From NCBI GenBank assembly GCA_964535025.1, contig CAZHRW010000159.1, forward strand, positions 14,527-78,526: a stretch of 64,000 nt of DNA, given 5' to 3'. Below are positions 30,501 to 39,355 of the stretch, one piece after another (within the stretch, counting starts at the first letter, position 1; the number at the start of each line of letters is the position of its first letter). Origin of the DNA: an uncultured Planctomycetales bacterium (lineage in GTDB: Bacteria; Planctomycetota; Phycisphaerae; SM23-33; FEN-1343). Made by a program: the position numbers and the translations under genes. The notes beneath the pieces were generated by a model. That model saw nothing but the letters and a program-made list of their open reading frames with translations, was not told the origin of the DNA and searched no databases.

Positions 30501-30699
30501 GATTACGACGATCGTCGCTCTGGTGCCGATGGCGTTCAAGCAGGGCCAGGGCTCGGAGGTGTGGAACCCGCTGGGCGCAACGATCATGGGCGGGCTGCTG
30601 GTGTCGACGCTGGTGACGCTGGTGCTGGTCCCCACGTTGTACAGCCTCTTCGAGCGCCGCGTCCGGCGTGGCCCGGAGGCGGAAGGAGCACGGCCGTGA
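27586..30699 (+). CDS. RND efflux transporter permease (AcrB/CzcA superfamily)
   Basis: 1037 aa, 12-TM with two large periplasmic loops. ATGA overlap with the MFP stop. Confidence 0.9.
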   Translation: MNLPGTSVRRPVMTLMVFLGVILVGAFCLVQMPIDLFPEMDIPSITVVTPYPGAGPEEIEEKVTQPLEKRLATVEDIKHIVSTSREGMSTIRLQFDWETDLDTRANDVRDAIDMAQQEVPDEAERSRIFKLDLSEFPILVYGVFAEASYEDLEDILDEEAANPLEGIPGVGSVRVITPLQRQVNVDLDRERLAAHGLVVADVAGAVARANRQSSAGSIKMGDTDYLPRVPAEFESVEPMNDIVVRADDAGIVRLGDLGTARDGFKDVQLDVRVNGKRGALLMVQKQSNANTVEVARAVEARLARILDSGRLPADVQIVNVMDSSEDIERMVADLAQTLIIGGVLAVAAVFVFLRQTTGTLVIALTIPFALIASGTAMYLMDYSINMMTLFALIVALGMVVDNAIVVLENIARHRESGERLAEAATFGAAEVSMAIVASTMTTLCIFFPLLFVKGIARIIFKPFAVVAAVVMLASLLTALTMTPMLSSRLLKRGRDRAPGRFFRATEAAFNGMADGYAWLLGWCLRHRAVVIVIVLAAFGGSLALVPAIGFEFMPKEDRALVRGTIELPVGTRLERTAEALEAVAAEIDAAIPDDQVRAVFTRCGVSESGFSSDEGTHIGSFGVKLVPRGRRDRHVTEIADDLRERIARIAGRCGIVTFRLDLNDPMSSMATGGEQPVSVNILGDDLDVADAYAARLAGQVREVPGTVDISISREKGAPEVWVDVDRRKASALGLNASDVTETVRASVYGTIASKYRVRGDEYDIFVRLREADRGRLDDLRHLPLRLPTGELVRTEHVAEITRQRGPLEIERKDQRRIVRVEGDAHGRSVGEVIRDVQDLVHASDVPAGVTVTMGGQSEDIRESFLWLSIALVIGALLVYMVMASQFESLIDPFVVIFSVPVAFLGVIWFLFLRGYSLNIIVFLGLLLLVGIVVNNAIVLVDYINILRARGRSMTEAVQEAGRTRLRPVLMTAITTIVALVPMAFKQGQGSEVWNPLGATIMGGLLVSTLVTLVLVPTLYSLFERRVRRGPEAEGARP

Positions 30700-30986
30700 A
30701 GCTGACGCTGATCACTTACAACGCGGCGATCGACGACGAGGTGATCGAGCAGGTCGCCGCCGTCGGCGCCGAAGGCTACACCAAGTGGACCGGCGTGATG
30801 GGTCAAGGCCGCACCAGCGGCCCCCATCTGCTCAGTCACGTCTGGCCCAAGGGCAACAACGTCCTGCTCGCCGTCACCGACGATGACGTCGCCGACCGGC
30901 TCCTCGCGGCGGTCCGCCGTCTGCGGGAAACCCTCGGCCGCGAGGGCGTCAAAGCCTTCGTCCTCAATGTCGACGCGGCCACCTGA
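30696..30986 (+). CDS. small PII-like (GlnB-like superfamily, DUF3240-like) protein translationally coupled to the RND pump
   Basis: GTG at 30696 overlaps the RND TGA. The 96-aa product VKLTLITYNAAIDDEVIEQVAAVGAEGYTKWTGVMGQGRTSG... fits a beta-alpha-beta-(T-loop)-beta-alpha-beta PII fold pattern. It is the in-frame tail of shadow ORF 29151..30986. Confidence 0.5.
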   Translation: MKLTLITYNAAIDDEVIEQVAAVGAEGYTKWTGVMGQGRTSGPHLLSHVWPKGNNVLLAVTDDDVADRLLAAVRRLRETLGREGVKAFVLNVDAAT

Positions 30987-31006
30987 GCGGACCCGGTGCG
31001 GGCGCG

Positions 31007-33328
31007 CTACGGGCCGGCAAAGCAGTGCTTGAGGATGGAGAAGTCGTCGAGGTCGACGTCCCCGTCGCCGTCAAGGTCGCCGTTGGCCTCGGTGGCGCCG
31101 GCCGCCATGCCGAAGTGGCACTTGAGGGTGGCGAAATCGTCGAGGTCGTAGCTGCGCTGGGGCACCTCGAAGGCGCCGATGTCGACCGCCTCGCCCTGGG
31201 GGCGGGCGGTCCCGTCGAGGTCGACGCCGATATCCAGGCCGTAGAGGCTTTCGAACAGGTCCACGTAGGCCTCGAGGCCGGCGCCGGCGTCGATGGCCGG
31301 GCTGGGATCGCTCGCCAGGGCCGGCCGCAGGTCGCCGGCGGCGGGGTCGACAAACCGCGGGTCGGCTTCGAGGTTGGCCCAGGCGTGATCGCCCCAGGCG
31401 GCCTGGAAGGCGTCGACGCCGTGAAGAACCGTGGAAGTCGCCCACTTGATCCGGGCGCTGCCGCCGGGCTGGTGGAACAGGTTGTGGGTGACCTGCGACC
31501 CGGCCGCCACGTCGGCGGAGGTGACGGCAAGGTGATGGGACGGCTCAGCGAGGTTGGCGACGATGTTGTTGTGGATGAACCAGCGCTGGTTGCCGCCGGC
31601 GGGGCTGGCAATGCCGGCGTCGACGTCGTGGATCGTGTTGCCCGCGATATGCACCTGGCCGTTGCCCCACCCGATGATCGCGGCGCCGGGCGACCAGGCG
31701 CTGTCGGGATTGTACTCGCCGCTGACGTGGTGGATGTCGCGGATGACATTGCCGAGGATGTAGGCGGTCACGGCCCCGTTGGAGCGGATGCCGTTCTGGC
31801 TGTTATAGATCTCATTATCGAGGATCCAGACGTTCTCGGGGTCGCCGTGGACCACCACGGCTGTCCCGTCCGAGCCCGAGCCGTTGGGGAAGGTCACCGG
31901 CGCGTAGCCGTACATGACGTTTTCGCTGAGGATCACGTCGCGGCTCTGCTTGACGTCGATGGCGTTCTCGCGGTTGTGGTCGATCAGGTTGCGGCCGACG
32001 TAGATCGAGGTGGCGACGTAAGCGGCGTAGGCGGCATTGTAGTAGAGCTGCACGCCATCCTCGCCGTTGCGGGTCATGCGGTTGTCCACGATCCACACCC
32101 GCCGGCTGTTGCCCTGGGGCGTGATGGCGTGCAGGCCGGTCTCGTCGGTGGGCGCGGGCGTGTTGTCGTGGATGTCATTGTCGTAGAAGACGATGTCGTC
32201 GTTGAAATGCCGCTCGGCGTCCCCGCCGAGGGTGTCGGAGACGGGCAGGACGGCCCACACGGCCCGGAACCCCGTCTCCAGGGGCGCCAGGTTCGTCGCC
32301 TCGCCGTGACGGATCGCCACGTGGTCCGAGGGGTTCAGCACCCGCAGGTAGCCTTCGGCGGTCCCCACGGTGTCGGTCCGGAAGTATTCCAGGACCAGAT
32401 ACGAGCCCCGCACGCGGACCTCGTTGGCGAACACGGCGCGGGCGCCGGGGCCGGCCCCCCGGACGAAGATCGGACGTTCGGCCGTGCCCCGCCCGGTGAT
32501 GCCCAGCCGCGGACCGTGGTAATTGGCGTAGGTGTACGGCCCGCCGTGGACCTCGACGACGCTGCCGGGGGGCAGATCGAGCGGGATCGTCCGACGCGGC
32601 CGATCGGGCGTGCCGAAGGGGTTCCCCGCGTCGGTGGCGTCGCCGTGGGCGTTGTCGATGTAATGGGTGTAGGGTCCGTCGGCGCCGAGGCGGTAGGGCT
32701 TGGGGCCGTCACCGTAGTCGAAGGTGTGTGAGGTGTCGGCGTACATCCAGTGCGTTTCCTCGATGCCGAACGACGGCGCCGGCACGCCGACCGGCGGGAC
32801 CCAGCAGCCGACCCGCTGCACCCGGACCGCATCGGCGACCAGCAGCCCTTCGCCGGTCAGCCGCACCGACAGCGTCTCGCCCCGCACCAGCAGCGGCGCG
32901 CCCAGGTCCTCCCAGGCGGTCTGGGCCTCGGTGAAGTCGTCCGGCGCGCTCCGCTGGTCGACGAGCAGCTCGCCGAGCATGCGGGTCGTCTGGCCGTCGA
33001 GGGGGTTGGCGATCGTGAATCGCGCCGCGGCGGCGCGGTCGGCGGCGGCCGTCCACGACGCCGACACGCGGTAGTGGTAGCCCGGGCACAGACCGGTGAA
33101 CGTCCACGTGGCCTCGGCGCCGGCCGTGCCGGTCGTGCGTGCGTCGCCGTCGTGGCCGGCGGTTTCGATCGTCCAGGCGCCGGTCGTCGTGAAACCCGCG
33201 CCCCCATCGTCGACGATCCGGGGCAGGGTCAGCGGGTCGGCGCTGAGCAGCAGGCGGTGTTCAAGCGTCTCCATCAAGGCACGCGCGCGGGGGCGCGGCC
33301 TGTCGTGGCGTCGGTCGGGCTGCATCAC
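31007..33328 (-). CDS. secreted right-handed parallel beta-helix (pectate-lyase-fold) protein with C-terminal dockerin repeats
   Basis: Repeated GNxIxDxxxGI beta-helix rungs (NVIRDIHHV..., IAGNTIHDVDAGI..., FIHNNIVANL). C-terminal ANGDLDGDGDVDLDDFSILK. N-terminal METLEHRLLLSAD motif. Confidence 0.7.
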   Translation of the reverse strand: MMQPDRRHDRPRPRARALMETLEHRLLLSADPLTLPRIVDDGGAGFTTTGAWTIETAGHDGDARTTGTAGAEATWTFTGLCPGYHYRVSASWTAAADRAAAARFTIANPLDGQTTRMLGELLVDQRSAPDDFTEAQTAWEDLGAPLLVRGETLSVRLTGEGLLVADAVRVQRVGCWVPPVGVPAPSFGIEETHWMYADTSHTFDYGDGPKPYRLGADGPYTHYIDNAHGDATDAGNPFGTPDRPRRTIPLDLPPGSVVEVHGGPYTYANYHGPRLGITGRGTAERPIFVRGAGPGARAVFANEVRVRGSYLVLEYFRTDTVGTAEGYLRVLNPSDHVAIRHGEATNLAPLETGFRAVWAVLPVSDTLGGDAERHFNDDIVFYDNDIHDNTPAPTDETGLHAITPQGNSRRVWIVDNRMTRNGEDGVQLYYNAAYAAYVATSIYVGRNLIDHNRENAIDVKQSRDVILSENVMYGYAPVTFPNGSGSDGTAVVVHGDPENVWILDNEIYNSQNGIRSNGAVTAYILGNVIRDIHHVSGEYNPDSAWSPGAAIIGWGNGQVHIAGNTIHDVDAGIASPAGGNQRWFIHNNIVANLAEPSHHLAVTSADVAAGSQVTHNLFHQPGGSARIKWATSTVLHGVDAFQAAWGDHAWANLEADPRFVDPAAGDLRPALASDPSPAIDAGAGLEAYVDLFESLYGLDIGVDLDGTARPQGEAVDIGAFEVPQRSYDLDDFATLKCHFGMAAGATEANGDLDGDGDVDLDDFSILKHCFAGP

Positions 33329-33511
33329 AGATTTGTCTCACTTATGCTTGGTCGGATTGGCGGGGGGATCCTGATCCGTCGGGTGATGATGAGCGTCCGT
33401 GCTCATAGTGCTTCTATAGCCTCAGTTGGACTTCCCGTCCAGAGAGAAAGTCGGTATACTCACGGGCGAGACTTGAGCCGATGTGTCGGCGGTCACCGTA
33501 GGGAGCCCACC

Positions 33512-34261
33512 ATGCGGGTGAAACTGTTTGACGTCCAGGCCGGTTTCGGCGGCGCCAGGCCGGGCACGCAGGTCGTGCCCGTCGAGGCGCTGACCGACCA
33601 GATGGATCGCCTCCACATCGCCGGGGCGCTGGTGCGGCTTCTCCCGGACGACCTGGACGGCGACGTCGTCCGCTCCAACGCGATGGTCTTTGACGCCCTC
33701 GCGGCCGATACGCGCCTCGTGCCCTGTCCGGTGGTCCTGCCGGCGGCCCTCGGCGACGTACCCGACGAGGCCGAGCAGGTCGACGCCGCCGTCGCCGCCG
33801 GCGCCCGGGCCGTCTGCATCCGCCCGGGGCGGGACTGCTGGACGCTCGAGCCGTGGTGTGCCGCGACGCTCCTGGACGCCCTGCAGCAGCGGCGGCTGCC
33901 CGTCGTGTGCGACCAGGCCCACGTGGCGGCCGACGCCGTCGCCCGCCTGGCCGGGACCTGGGGCGACCTGCCGCTGATCGTCACCGGCGCCGGCTACCGC
34001 CAGATGCGCACGCTCGTTCCGCTGATGCAAACGCACCCGAACATCTTCCTCTCGATCGGCAGCAACCTGACGGTCCATCGCGGCCTCGAGAGCCTGGCCG
34101 CGCGGGTCGGGGCCGATCGCCTGCTGTTCGGCACGGGCTTCCCCGCCGCCGAGGCGATGATGGCCGTGACGCAGTTGATGTACGCCGAGCTGGACGACGC
34201 AGCCAGGCAGCGGATCGGCGCCGGCAACCTCGAACGCCTGATGGGGGAGGTGCGCTCATGA
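33512..34261 (+). CDS. amidohydrolase-2 family (TIM-barrel metal-dependent hydrolase) protein
   Basis: Start MRVKLFDVQAGFGG inside track ORF 32750..34261. ATGA overlap with the downstream paralogue. Confidence 0.55.
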   Translation: MRVKLFDVQAGFGGARPGTQVVPVEALTDQMDRLHIAGALVRLLPDDLDGDVVRSNAMVFDALAADTRLVPCPVVLPAALGDVPDEAEQVDAAVAAGARAVCIRPGRDCWTLEPWCAATLLDALQQRRLPVVCDQAHVAADAVARLAGTWGDLPLIVTGAGYRQMRTLVPLMQTHPNIFLSIGSNLTVHRGLESLAARVGADRLLFGTGFPAAEAMMAVTQLMYAELDDAARQRIGAGNLERLMGEVRS

Positions 34262-35064
34262 CGACCTTGCTTGAACGCGGCCGTCGCGGCGAGCCGCTTG
34301 ACGACCTGGACATCGTGGACGTGCACGGCCACCTGGGCCGTCCGCCGTTCGGCGTGGGCGAGTTGTCGGCGGCGTCGCTGGTCGCCACGATGGATCGTCT
34401 CGGCGTGGCGACGGCCGTGATCAGCCACATCCACTGCCTCTGCGCCGGCGCGAGCGTCGGCAACGACGAGATCCTCGACGCCATGCGCGCCTTCCCGGGG
34501 CGCATTGAAGGCTACGTCCGCCTGTGGCCCAGCAGTGGTGAGGAGGTCCGCCGCGAGGCCGAGCGGTACCTCGACGCGGGGTTCGTGGGCATCAAGCTGC
34601 ACGACGTCACGGGTTTTCGCTACACAGCGCCCGCCTACGCGCCGGCTCTGGCACTGGCCGACCGGCGGCGCATGCCCGTCCTGCTGCACACGTGGGCGAA
34701 GGCGGAGGAGTTCGAGGACGTCGACCGCCTTGCCGCCGCTTATCCCCGCGCGAGCTTCATCCTCGCCCACAGCGGCGTGAGCGATTCGGTCGAGGCGTAC
34801 GGCCGGGTGGCCCGCGAGCACGCCAACGTGTATCTCGACCTGTGCATGAGCCTCACGCCGCCCGGCCACGTCGACCGCCTCGTCGCCGCCGCGGGCCTCG
34901 ACAAGGTCCTCTGGGGCTCCGACGCCACCTTCCTCAACATGGCCCACCAGCTCGGCAAGGTCCTCGGCGCCCGCCTCGACGACGCCGACAAACGCCGTCT
35001 GCTCTCGACCAACGCCCGTCGCCTGCTCGGGCGCATCCGGCGGGACGCAAAGCGCAAGCCTTGA
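34258..35064 (+). CDS. amidohydrolase-2 family protein (paralogue)
   Basis: DIVDVHGHLG...GIKLH...LLHTWAKAEE...ILAHSG metal-ligand pattern of PF04909-type hydrolases. Confidence 0.6.
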   Translation: MTTLLERGRRGEPLDDLDIVDVHGHLGRPPFGVGELSAASLVATMDRLGVATAVISHIHCLCAGASVGNDEILDAMRAFPGRIEGYVRLWPSSGEEVRREAERYLDAGFVGIKLHDVTGFRYTAPAYAPALALADRRRMPVLLHTWAKAEEFEDVDRLAAAYPRASFILAHSGVSDSVEAYGRVAREHANVYLDLCMSLTPPGHVDRLVAAAGLDKVLWGSDATFLNMAHQLGKVLGARLDDADKRRLLSTNARRLLGRIRRDAKRKP

Positions 35065-35082
35065 CCCGCGCCGGCGCCCGAC

Positions 35083-36363
35083 TCACGCAAGCGTCCGCAC
35101 GGCGTCGCGCATGATCCGCGTGATGGGCAGGTGCCGGGGGCAGCGGCGCTCGGCGAGGGCGAAGGTCTCACCGGCGAGGCGGCGGCGGGTCTCGGTCGGC
35201 AGGGCCCTAAACAGCTCGCGGGCGGTGTCGTGGTCGCCGTAATCGTTGTAGTACATCATGTAGCGCATCACGTCGCAGACCGGCAGGCCGTCGCACGCGC
35301 CTTCGCAGATGTCGGCGCAGCCGGCGCAATAGTCGCCGGCGGTCTGGCGGGCGTACTGCTCCATCAGGGCCTTTTCGTCGGCCGACAGTTTGGTCTGGTT
35401 CATGGCCGCGGCGATGTTGGACATCAGGACCGTGAGGCTGGGCATCTGCGAGCAGATCGAGGCGATGGCCTTGTTCTCCCAGATCGCCTTGAGCTTGGCC
35501 TGCTTGTCGGTATAGCCCTTTTGGACGAACTTCCCGGCCAGGGCCAGTTCGGCCTCGCTCTCGGTCTTGACGGGCCCGCCGCCCTGGGTCTTCATGGCGG
35601 TCAGGCCGATGCCGGCCTCGTGGCAGGCGTCGACGGCCCGCTTCATGTCATCGTCGTGCATCAGGCGGAAGTTGTACGTGGTCATGATGCCGTCGATGAA
35701 GCCGGCCTTGGACGCCCTGAGCATCGACGCGGGCATGTTGCGGTGGGTGGAGAACCCGAACAGCTTGATCCGCCCGCGTTTCTTCTCGCGCTCGGCCCAC
35801 TGCTTCCACGTGCGGCCGAACCGCTCGAGCTCCTCCGGGCCGCGGAGCCCGTGGATGAAGTACAGGTCGATGTAGTCGGTGTTCATCCGCTCCAGCGACT
35901 GCTCCAGCAGCCCCGTCATCCCGTCCGGGTCCCGCGCGCCCGACTTGGTCACCAGGAAGATCCGCTTGCGCTGCTTGGGGTTGGCCTTGAAGAACTTGCC
36001 GAACCCCAACTCGCTGTTGCCCCCGCGATAGGAGGCGGCGGTGTCCCAGTAGGTCACGCCGTACTTGAGGGCCTGCTTGAGCGTGAGCTGGTTGTTGACG
36101 ACGTCGAAGATGCCCCCCAGCGCCAGCATCGGCACGACGCGGCCGGTCTTGCCGAACTTGCGTGTCGGCACCGCCGGGGGCGCCGGCTGCGTCGCGGCCG
36201 GTTGGGTCTCGGCGGGTTGGGTGGTCGGCTGGGTGGTCGGCTGAGTGGCTTGCTCACCTCTGGCCAGGCCGGTCGCCGCCAGGAAGGCGCCGGCGCCGGC
36301 CGCGCCGCCGGTGCGGAGAAAATCGCGTCGGTTGAGCTGGTCGTGGTTGGGATCGGTGGTCAT
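35083..36363 (-). CDS. TAT-exported aldo/keto reductase with ATQP-repeat linker and C-terminal Cys-rich (putative Fe-S) motif
   Basis: Start MTTDPNHDQLNRRDFLRTGGAAGAGAFLA (twin-arginine signal). AKR core GVTYWDTAASYRGGNSELGFG...IFLVTK. C-terminal CAGCADICEGACDGLPVC. Confidence 0.75.
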   Translation of the reverse strand: MTTDPNHDQLNRRDFLRTGGAAGAGAFLAATGLARGEQATQPTTQPTTQPAETQPAATQPAPPAVPTRKFGKTGRVVPMLALGGIFDVVNNQLTLKQALKYGVTYWDTAASYRGGNSELGFGKFFKANPKQRKRIFLVTKSGARDPDGMTGLLEQSLERMNTDYIDLYFIHGLRGPEELERFGRTWKQWAEREKKRGRIKLFGFSTHRNMPASMLRASKAGFIDGIMTTYNFRLMHDDDMKRAVDACHEAGIGLTAMKTQGGGPVKTESEAELALAGKFVQKGYTDKQAKLKAIWENKAIASICSQMPSLTVLMSNIAAAMNQTKLSADEKALMEQYARQTAGDYCAGCADICEGACDGLPVCDVMRYMMYYNDYGDHDTARELFRALPTETRRRLAGETFALAERRCPRHLPITRIMRDAVRTLA

Positions 36364-36407
36364 GGGGGGCCTCTCTTGTTCGTTTACACCGAGCCGTCGA
36401 GCTTCTG

Positions 36408-38348
36408 CTACAGCAGCAGCGACCGCTCGCGGCTTCGGGTTTCGTTCTCGGCGGTCACGCGAATCGCTCGTTGGCCGCTGACCGGGCATTCGTGTTCGCA
36501 CACGCCGCACCCGATGCAGCGGGATGGGTCGACGTACGGCCTCTGCAGCCGGATGAGGACCTTCACACGGTCGCCCGGCGAGGGCGGGAAGTCCCATTCG
36601 GTCTGCTCGTCGAGGACGATCGTATCGCTCGTGTGGCGGACGATCCGCCGCCGGACGGGGTCGAAGGCCTCGGCCGGCGCGAGGTAGTAGTCTCCGGTGG
36701 CGTAGCCGCGCCCGCTCAGCGGGGTGCCGGTGAGTGTGACGGCGGCCCCGTCGACCGCCGCGACGGTGAAGACGCCGTCCCGCACAGCCGTGTAGCTTTC
36801 CCGGGTGAAGATCGCCTTGGGGCTGACCGGGCAGTTCTCCTGACAGACCAGGCAGGGGCGGTCCATGGCCCACGGCAGGCACCGGCTGCGATCGACGAAG
36901 GCCGTGCCGATGCGAACCGGCCCGTCATCGGCGTAATCGCCCCGGCCCATCCGCTGATCCAGTGACAGCGGCGCCAACGCGCCGGTGGGGCAGATGTTGC
37001 TGCACGCGACGCAGTTGAACCGGCAGCCACTGGAGCCGATGCGGTTGTTGAGCACCGGCGTCCAGGCCGCCTCGATGCCCTTGTCGAGCCCGGCCGGCTG
37101 CAGGACGTTGGTCGGGCAGACCCGCATGCACTGGCCGCACTTGATGCATCGCTTGAGGAACTCCCCCTCGCCGCGGGCCCCGGGTGGGCGGATCAGTCCG
37201 GGGTTCCAGTTTTCGCCGAGTGTGCCGGCCAGGCGAATCAGCGGCACGGCCGCCAGCCCGCCCAGCAGTGACAGCAGGACCCCACGGCGGGAGACGTCAG
37301 GCGAGGCGACCTGTCCGGCGGCCAGGCGGCCCGTAGTGAAGCCCATCACCCCGTGGGTGCAGTCGTCCAGGCAGTTGCCGCACAGGACGCATTCGCTGGT
37401 GCGGATCTCGCCGCTCGGTTCGCAGGCGCCTTCGCAGCTGCGCTCGCACAGGCGGCAGTGAATGCAATCGCTGTTGCGCTGTCCGATCCGCCAGACGGCG
37501 AAACGGCTGAATACCCCCAGCAGGGCACCCAGCGGGCAGATGAACCGGCAGTAGAACCGCGGCACGATGAGATTCGCCAGCAGGGCGCCGATGAAGATCC
37601 CGCCGATCACCCAGGTGCCCTGGTAATGCCGCGCCACCGGCGAAACCTGCTGCACGCTGTTATCCACGGCGGGCAGCACCGCCAGCGACAGCGAGCGATA
37701 TACCAGCGGGATCGGGTCCAGCAGCCCGGTCTGCAGGCTCGCGGCCCGGCCGGTCCGGTCGGGCAACACCATCGCCGCGACGACCCACACCGCCGCCAGC
37801 GCGAGCACCCACGCCGCCGCCCTGCGCCGGCGCTTGAGCACGCCGCCCAGGGCCAGCACGGCCAGAACCACCAGACCGGCGGCCACCAGGGCCGTCGGCC
37901 ACCGGGGGGCCGATCGGCTCCAACGGATGAGCTGGGCCGCCAACGTCCCCGCGGCGGCCGCCAGCAGGAACGTCAGCACGAGGTACTTGATCGCCTGGGC
38001 GCGGCGGTATCGGTTCGCGTCGATCTGCGCCTTGGCGGGCTTTCGCCGCCGGCCGAGCCAGCCGACGAATTGGTGCATCGTGCCGAACGGACAGACCCAG
38101 CCGCAGAAGACCCGCCCGAAGATGATGGTCACGACGAGGGTCACCAGTGCCAACATCAGCGGGCCGACCAGCACGCCGGTCGCCAGCGCGACGGAGACCG
38201 CCACCAGCGGGTCGGCGGCCAGCAGGGCGTTCACCGGCCAGCCCCGCAGTTGCCACCAGTGCTCGCCCGCGCTGGCGACCACGACAAAGAGCACCAGCAG
38301 AGCGAGGAAGAACACCTGGCTGATCCGTCGTACCGTGACAATCTTCAT
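36408..38348 (-). CDS. membrane polyferredoxin of the NapH/MauN/CcoG type (two CX3CP membrane modules plus about six 4Fe-4S ferredoxin motifs)
   Basis: FCGWVCPFG and YCRFICPLG. CIHCRLCERSC, CVLCGNCLDDC, CIKCGQCMRVCP, CVACSNICP, CLVCQENCP, CIGCGVCEHECP. Multiple TM helices. Confidence 0.8.
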   Translation of the reverse strand: MKIVTVRRISQVFFLALLVLFVVVASAGEHWWQLRGWPVNALLAADPLVAVSVALATGVLVGPLMLALVTLVVTIIFGRVFCGWVCPFGTMHQFVGWLGRRRKPAKAQIDANRYRRAQAIKYLVLTFLLAAAAGTLAAQLIRWSRSAPRWPTALVAAGLVVLAVLALGGVLKRRRRAAAWVLALAAVWVVAAMVLPDRTGRAASLQTGLLDPIPLVYRSLSLAVLPAVDNSVQQVSPVARHYQGTWVIGGIFIGALLANLIVPRFYCRFICPLGALLGVFSRFAVWRIGQRNSDCIHCRLCERSCEGACEPSGEIRTSECVLCGNCLDDCTHGVMGFTTGRLAAGQVASPDVSRRGVLLSLLGGLAAVPLIRLAGTLGENWNPGLIRPPGARGEGEFLKRCIKCGQCMRVCPTNVLQPAGLDKGIEAAWTPVLNNRIGSSGCRFNCVACSNICPTGALAPLSLDQRMGRGDYADDGPVRIGTAFVDRSRCLPWAMDRPCLVCQENCPVSPKAIFTRESYTAVRDGVFTVAAVDGAAVTLTGTPLSGRGYATGDYYLAPAEAFDPVRRRIVRHTSDTIVLDEQTEWDFPPSPGDRVKVLIRLQRPYVDPSRCIGCGVCEHECPVSGQRAIRVTAENETRSRERSLLL

Positions 38349-38359
38349 ACGAATCCCGT

Positions 38360-39355
38360 TCACCCGATCTCCGCGCGATGGAGCTTGATCGACCGCCACG
38401 CCGCGGCCCCGACGCCCGCCCGCTCGGCCTTGGCGAGGTAGGGCAGCTCGCCCGGCGCCAGGTCCAGCAGCGTCGCGGCATACGCGTCGGCCGCCACCTG
38501 GTCGGTCGAGACGATCATGGTGTTGGTCGCTTTGAGGTCGTCCACCGAGCCGCCGGTCGGCCCGTTGGTCATCATCGTCCGCGTGCCGTCGAGCACCACC
38601 AGCGTCGGCCGCACCATCATCGCCAGTTCCTTGATGGTGTTGTGGATGTCCTGGTGCAGGCGGTTGCGCCGCCCGCCCAGCAGGCCGTACCAGTTCTTCA
38701 TGCTCATCGATGCCCCGGCCCGGAAGTGGTTCTTCACCGGCGCGATGCCGATCACCTTGGTTGCGCCGGCCAGCGGCTCATACAGCACCGGCCAGTGGGT
38801 GATGATGCCGCCGTCCGGCAGGGTGTAGGGTCGGAACAGCGCCTCGCGCGGCAGCAAGACCTTGGCGCCGGCCCGCCGGGCGGCCGGACCGATGCCCGAC
38901 AGCTCGAAGCAGCTCACCGGGTCGTTGATCGGGTTGTCCGTCACCACCACCTCGGCCGCGCCCGCCGCCAGGCACAGTCGCACCACCTCGCCCACCAGGT
39001 CGGGATGGGCCGTGGCGCCCAGCGACGGCGGCGTGGCGAACGCGGCGTTGACCTTCACGACGACCCGGTCGCCGCGGCTGACGAACCGCTGGACGCCCCC
39101 CAGGGCCGCCAGGGCCCGACGGACGGTCTTGACGCGGTTGGCACCGGTGACGATGGCCATCTCGCCGCGGGCGTCGGCAATCGAGAAATCCCTCAACGCG
39201 GCGGCGCGGGCCGTGTCGCTGCCCGTGTCGCGTCCGGTCAGCAGGTACCCGCCCGCGGCGACACCGGCGATCGCGGCCCCAGCCTTGGCCGTGCGGGCGA
39301 GGAATGCCCGTCGGCTGCAGTACGGCCCGTCAGGGATGGGTCGGTCCTGGTTCAC
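38360..39355 (-). CDS. DUF362 domain protein with twin-arginine signal
   Basis: GTG start overlaps the upstream stop (GTGA). SRRAFLARTAKAGAAIAG TAT signal. DUF362-like core IVTGANRVKT...VVKVNAAF...VVTDNP. Confidence 0.65.
   Translation of the reverse strand: MNQDRPIPDGPYCSRRAFLARTAKAGAAIAGVAAGGYLLTGRDTGSDTARAAALRDFSIADARGEMAIVTGANRVKTVRRALAALGGVQRFVSRGDRVVVKVNAAFATPPSLGATAHPDLVGEVVRLCLAAGAAEVVVTDNPINDPVSCFELSGIGPAARRAGAKVLLPREALFRPYTLPDGGIITHWPVLYEPLAGATKVIGIAPVKNHFRAGASMSMKNWYGLLGGRRNRLHQDIHNTIKELAMMVRPTLVVLDGTRTMMTNGPTGGSVDDLKATNTMIVSTDQVAADAYAATLLDLAPGELPYLAKAERAGVGAAAWRSIKLHRAEIG

Noticed and set aside
33329-33511. Promoter call in the divergent region between the beta-helix protein and the amidohydrolase genes (TATACT box at about 33463)
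   Set aside because: A -10-like hexamer is present, but no acceptable -35 lies at 16-18 nt spacing, so this is too weak to report as a feature.
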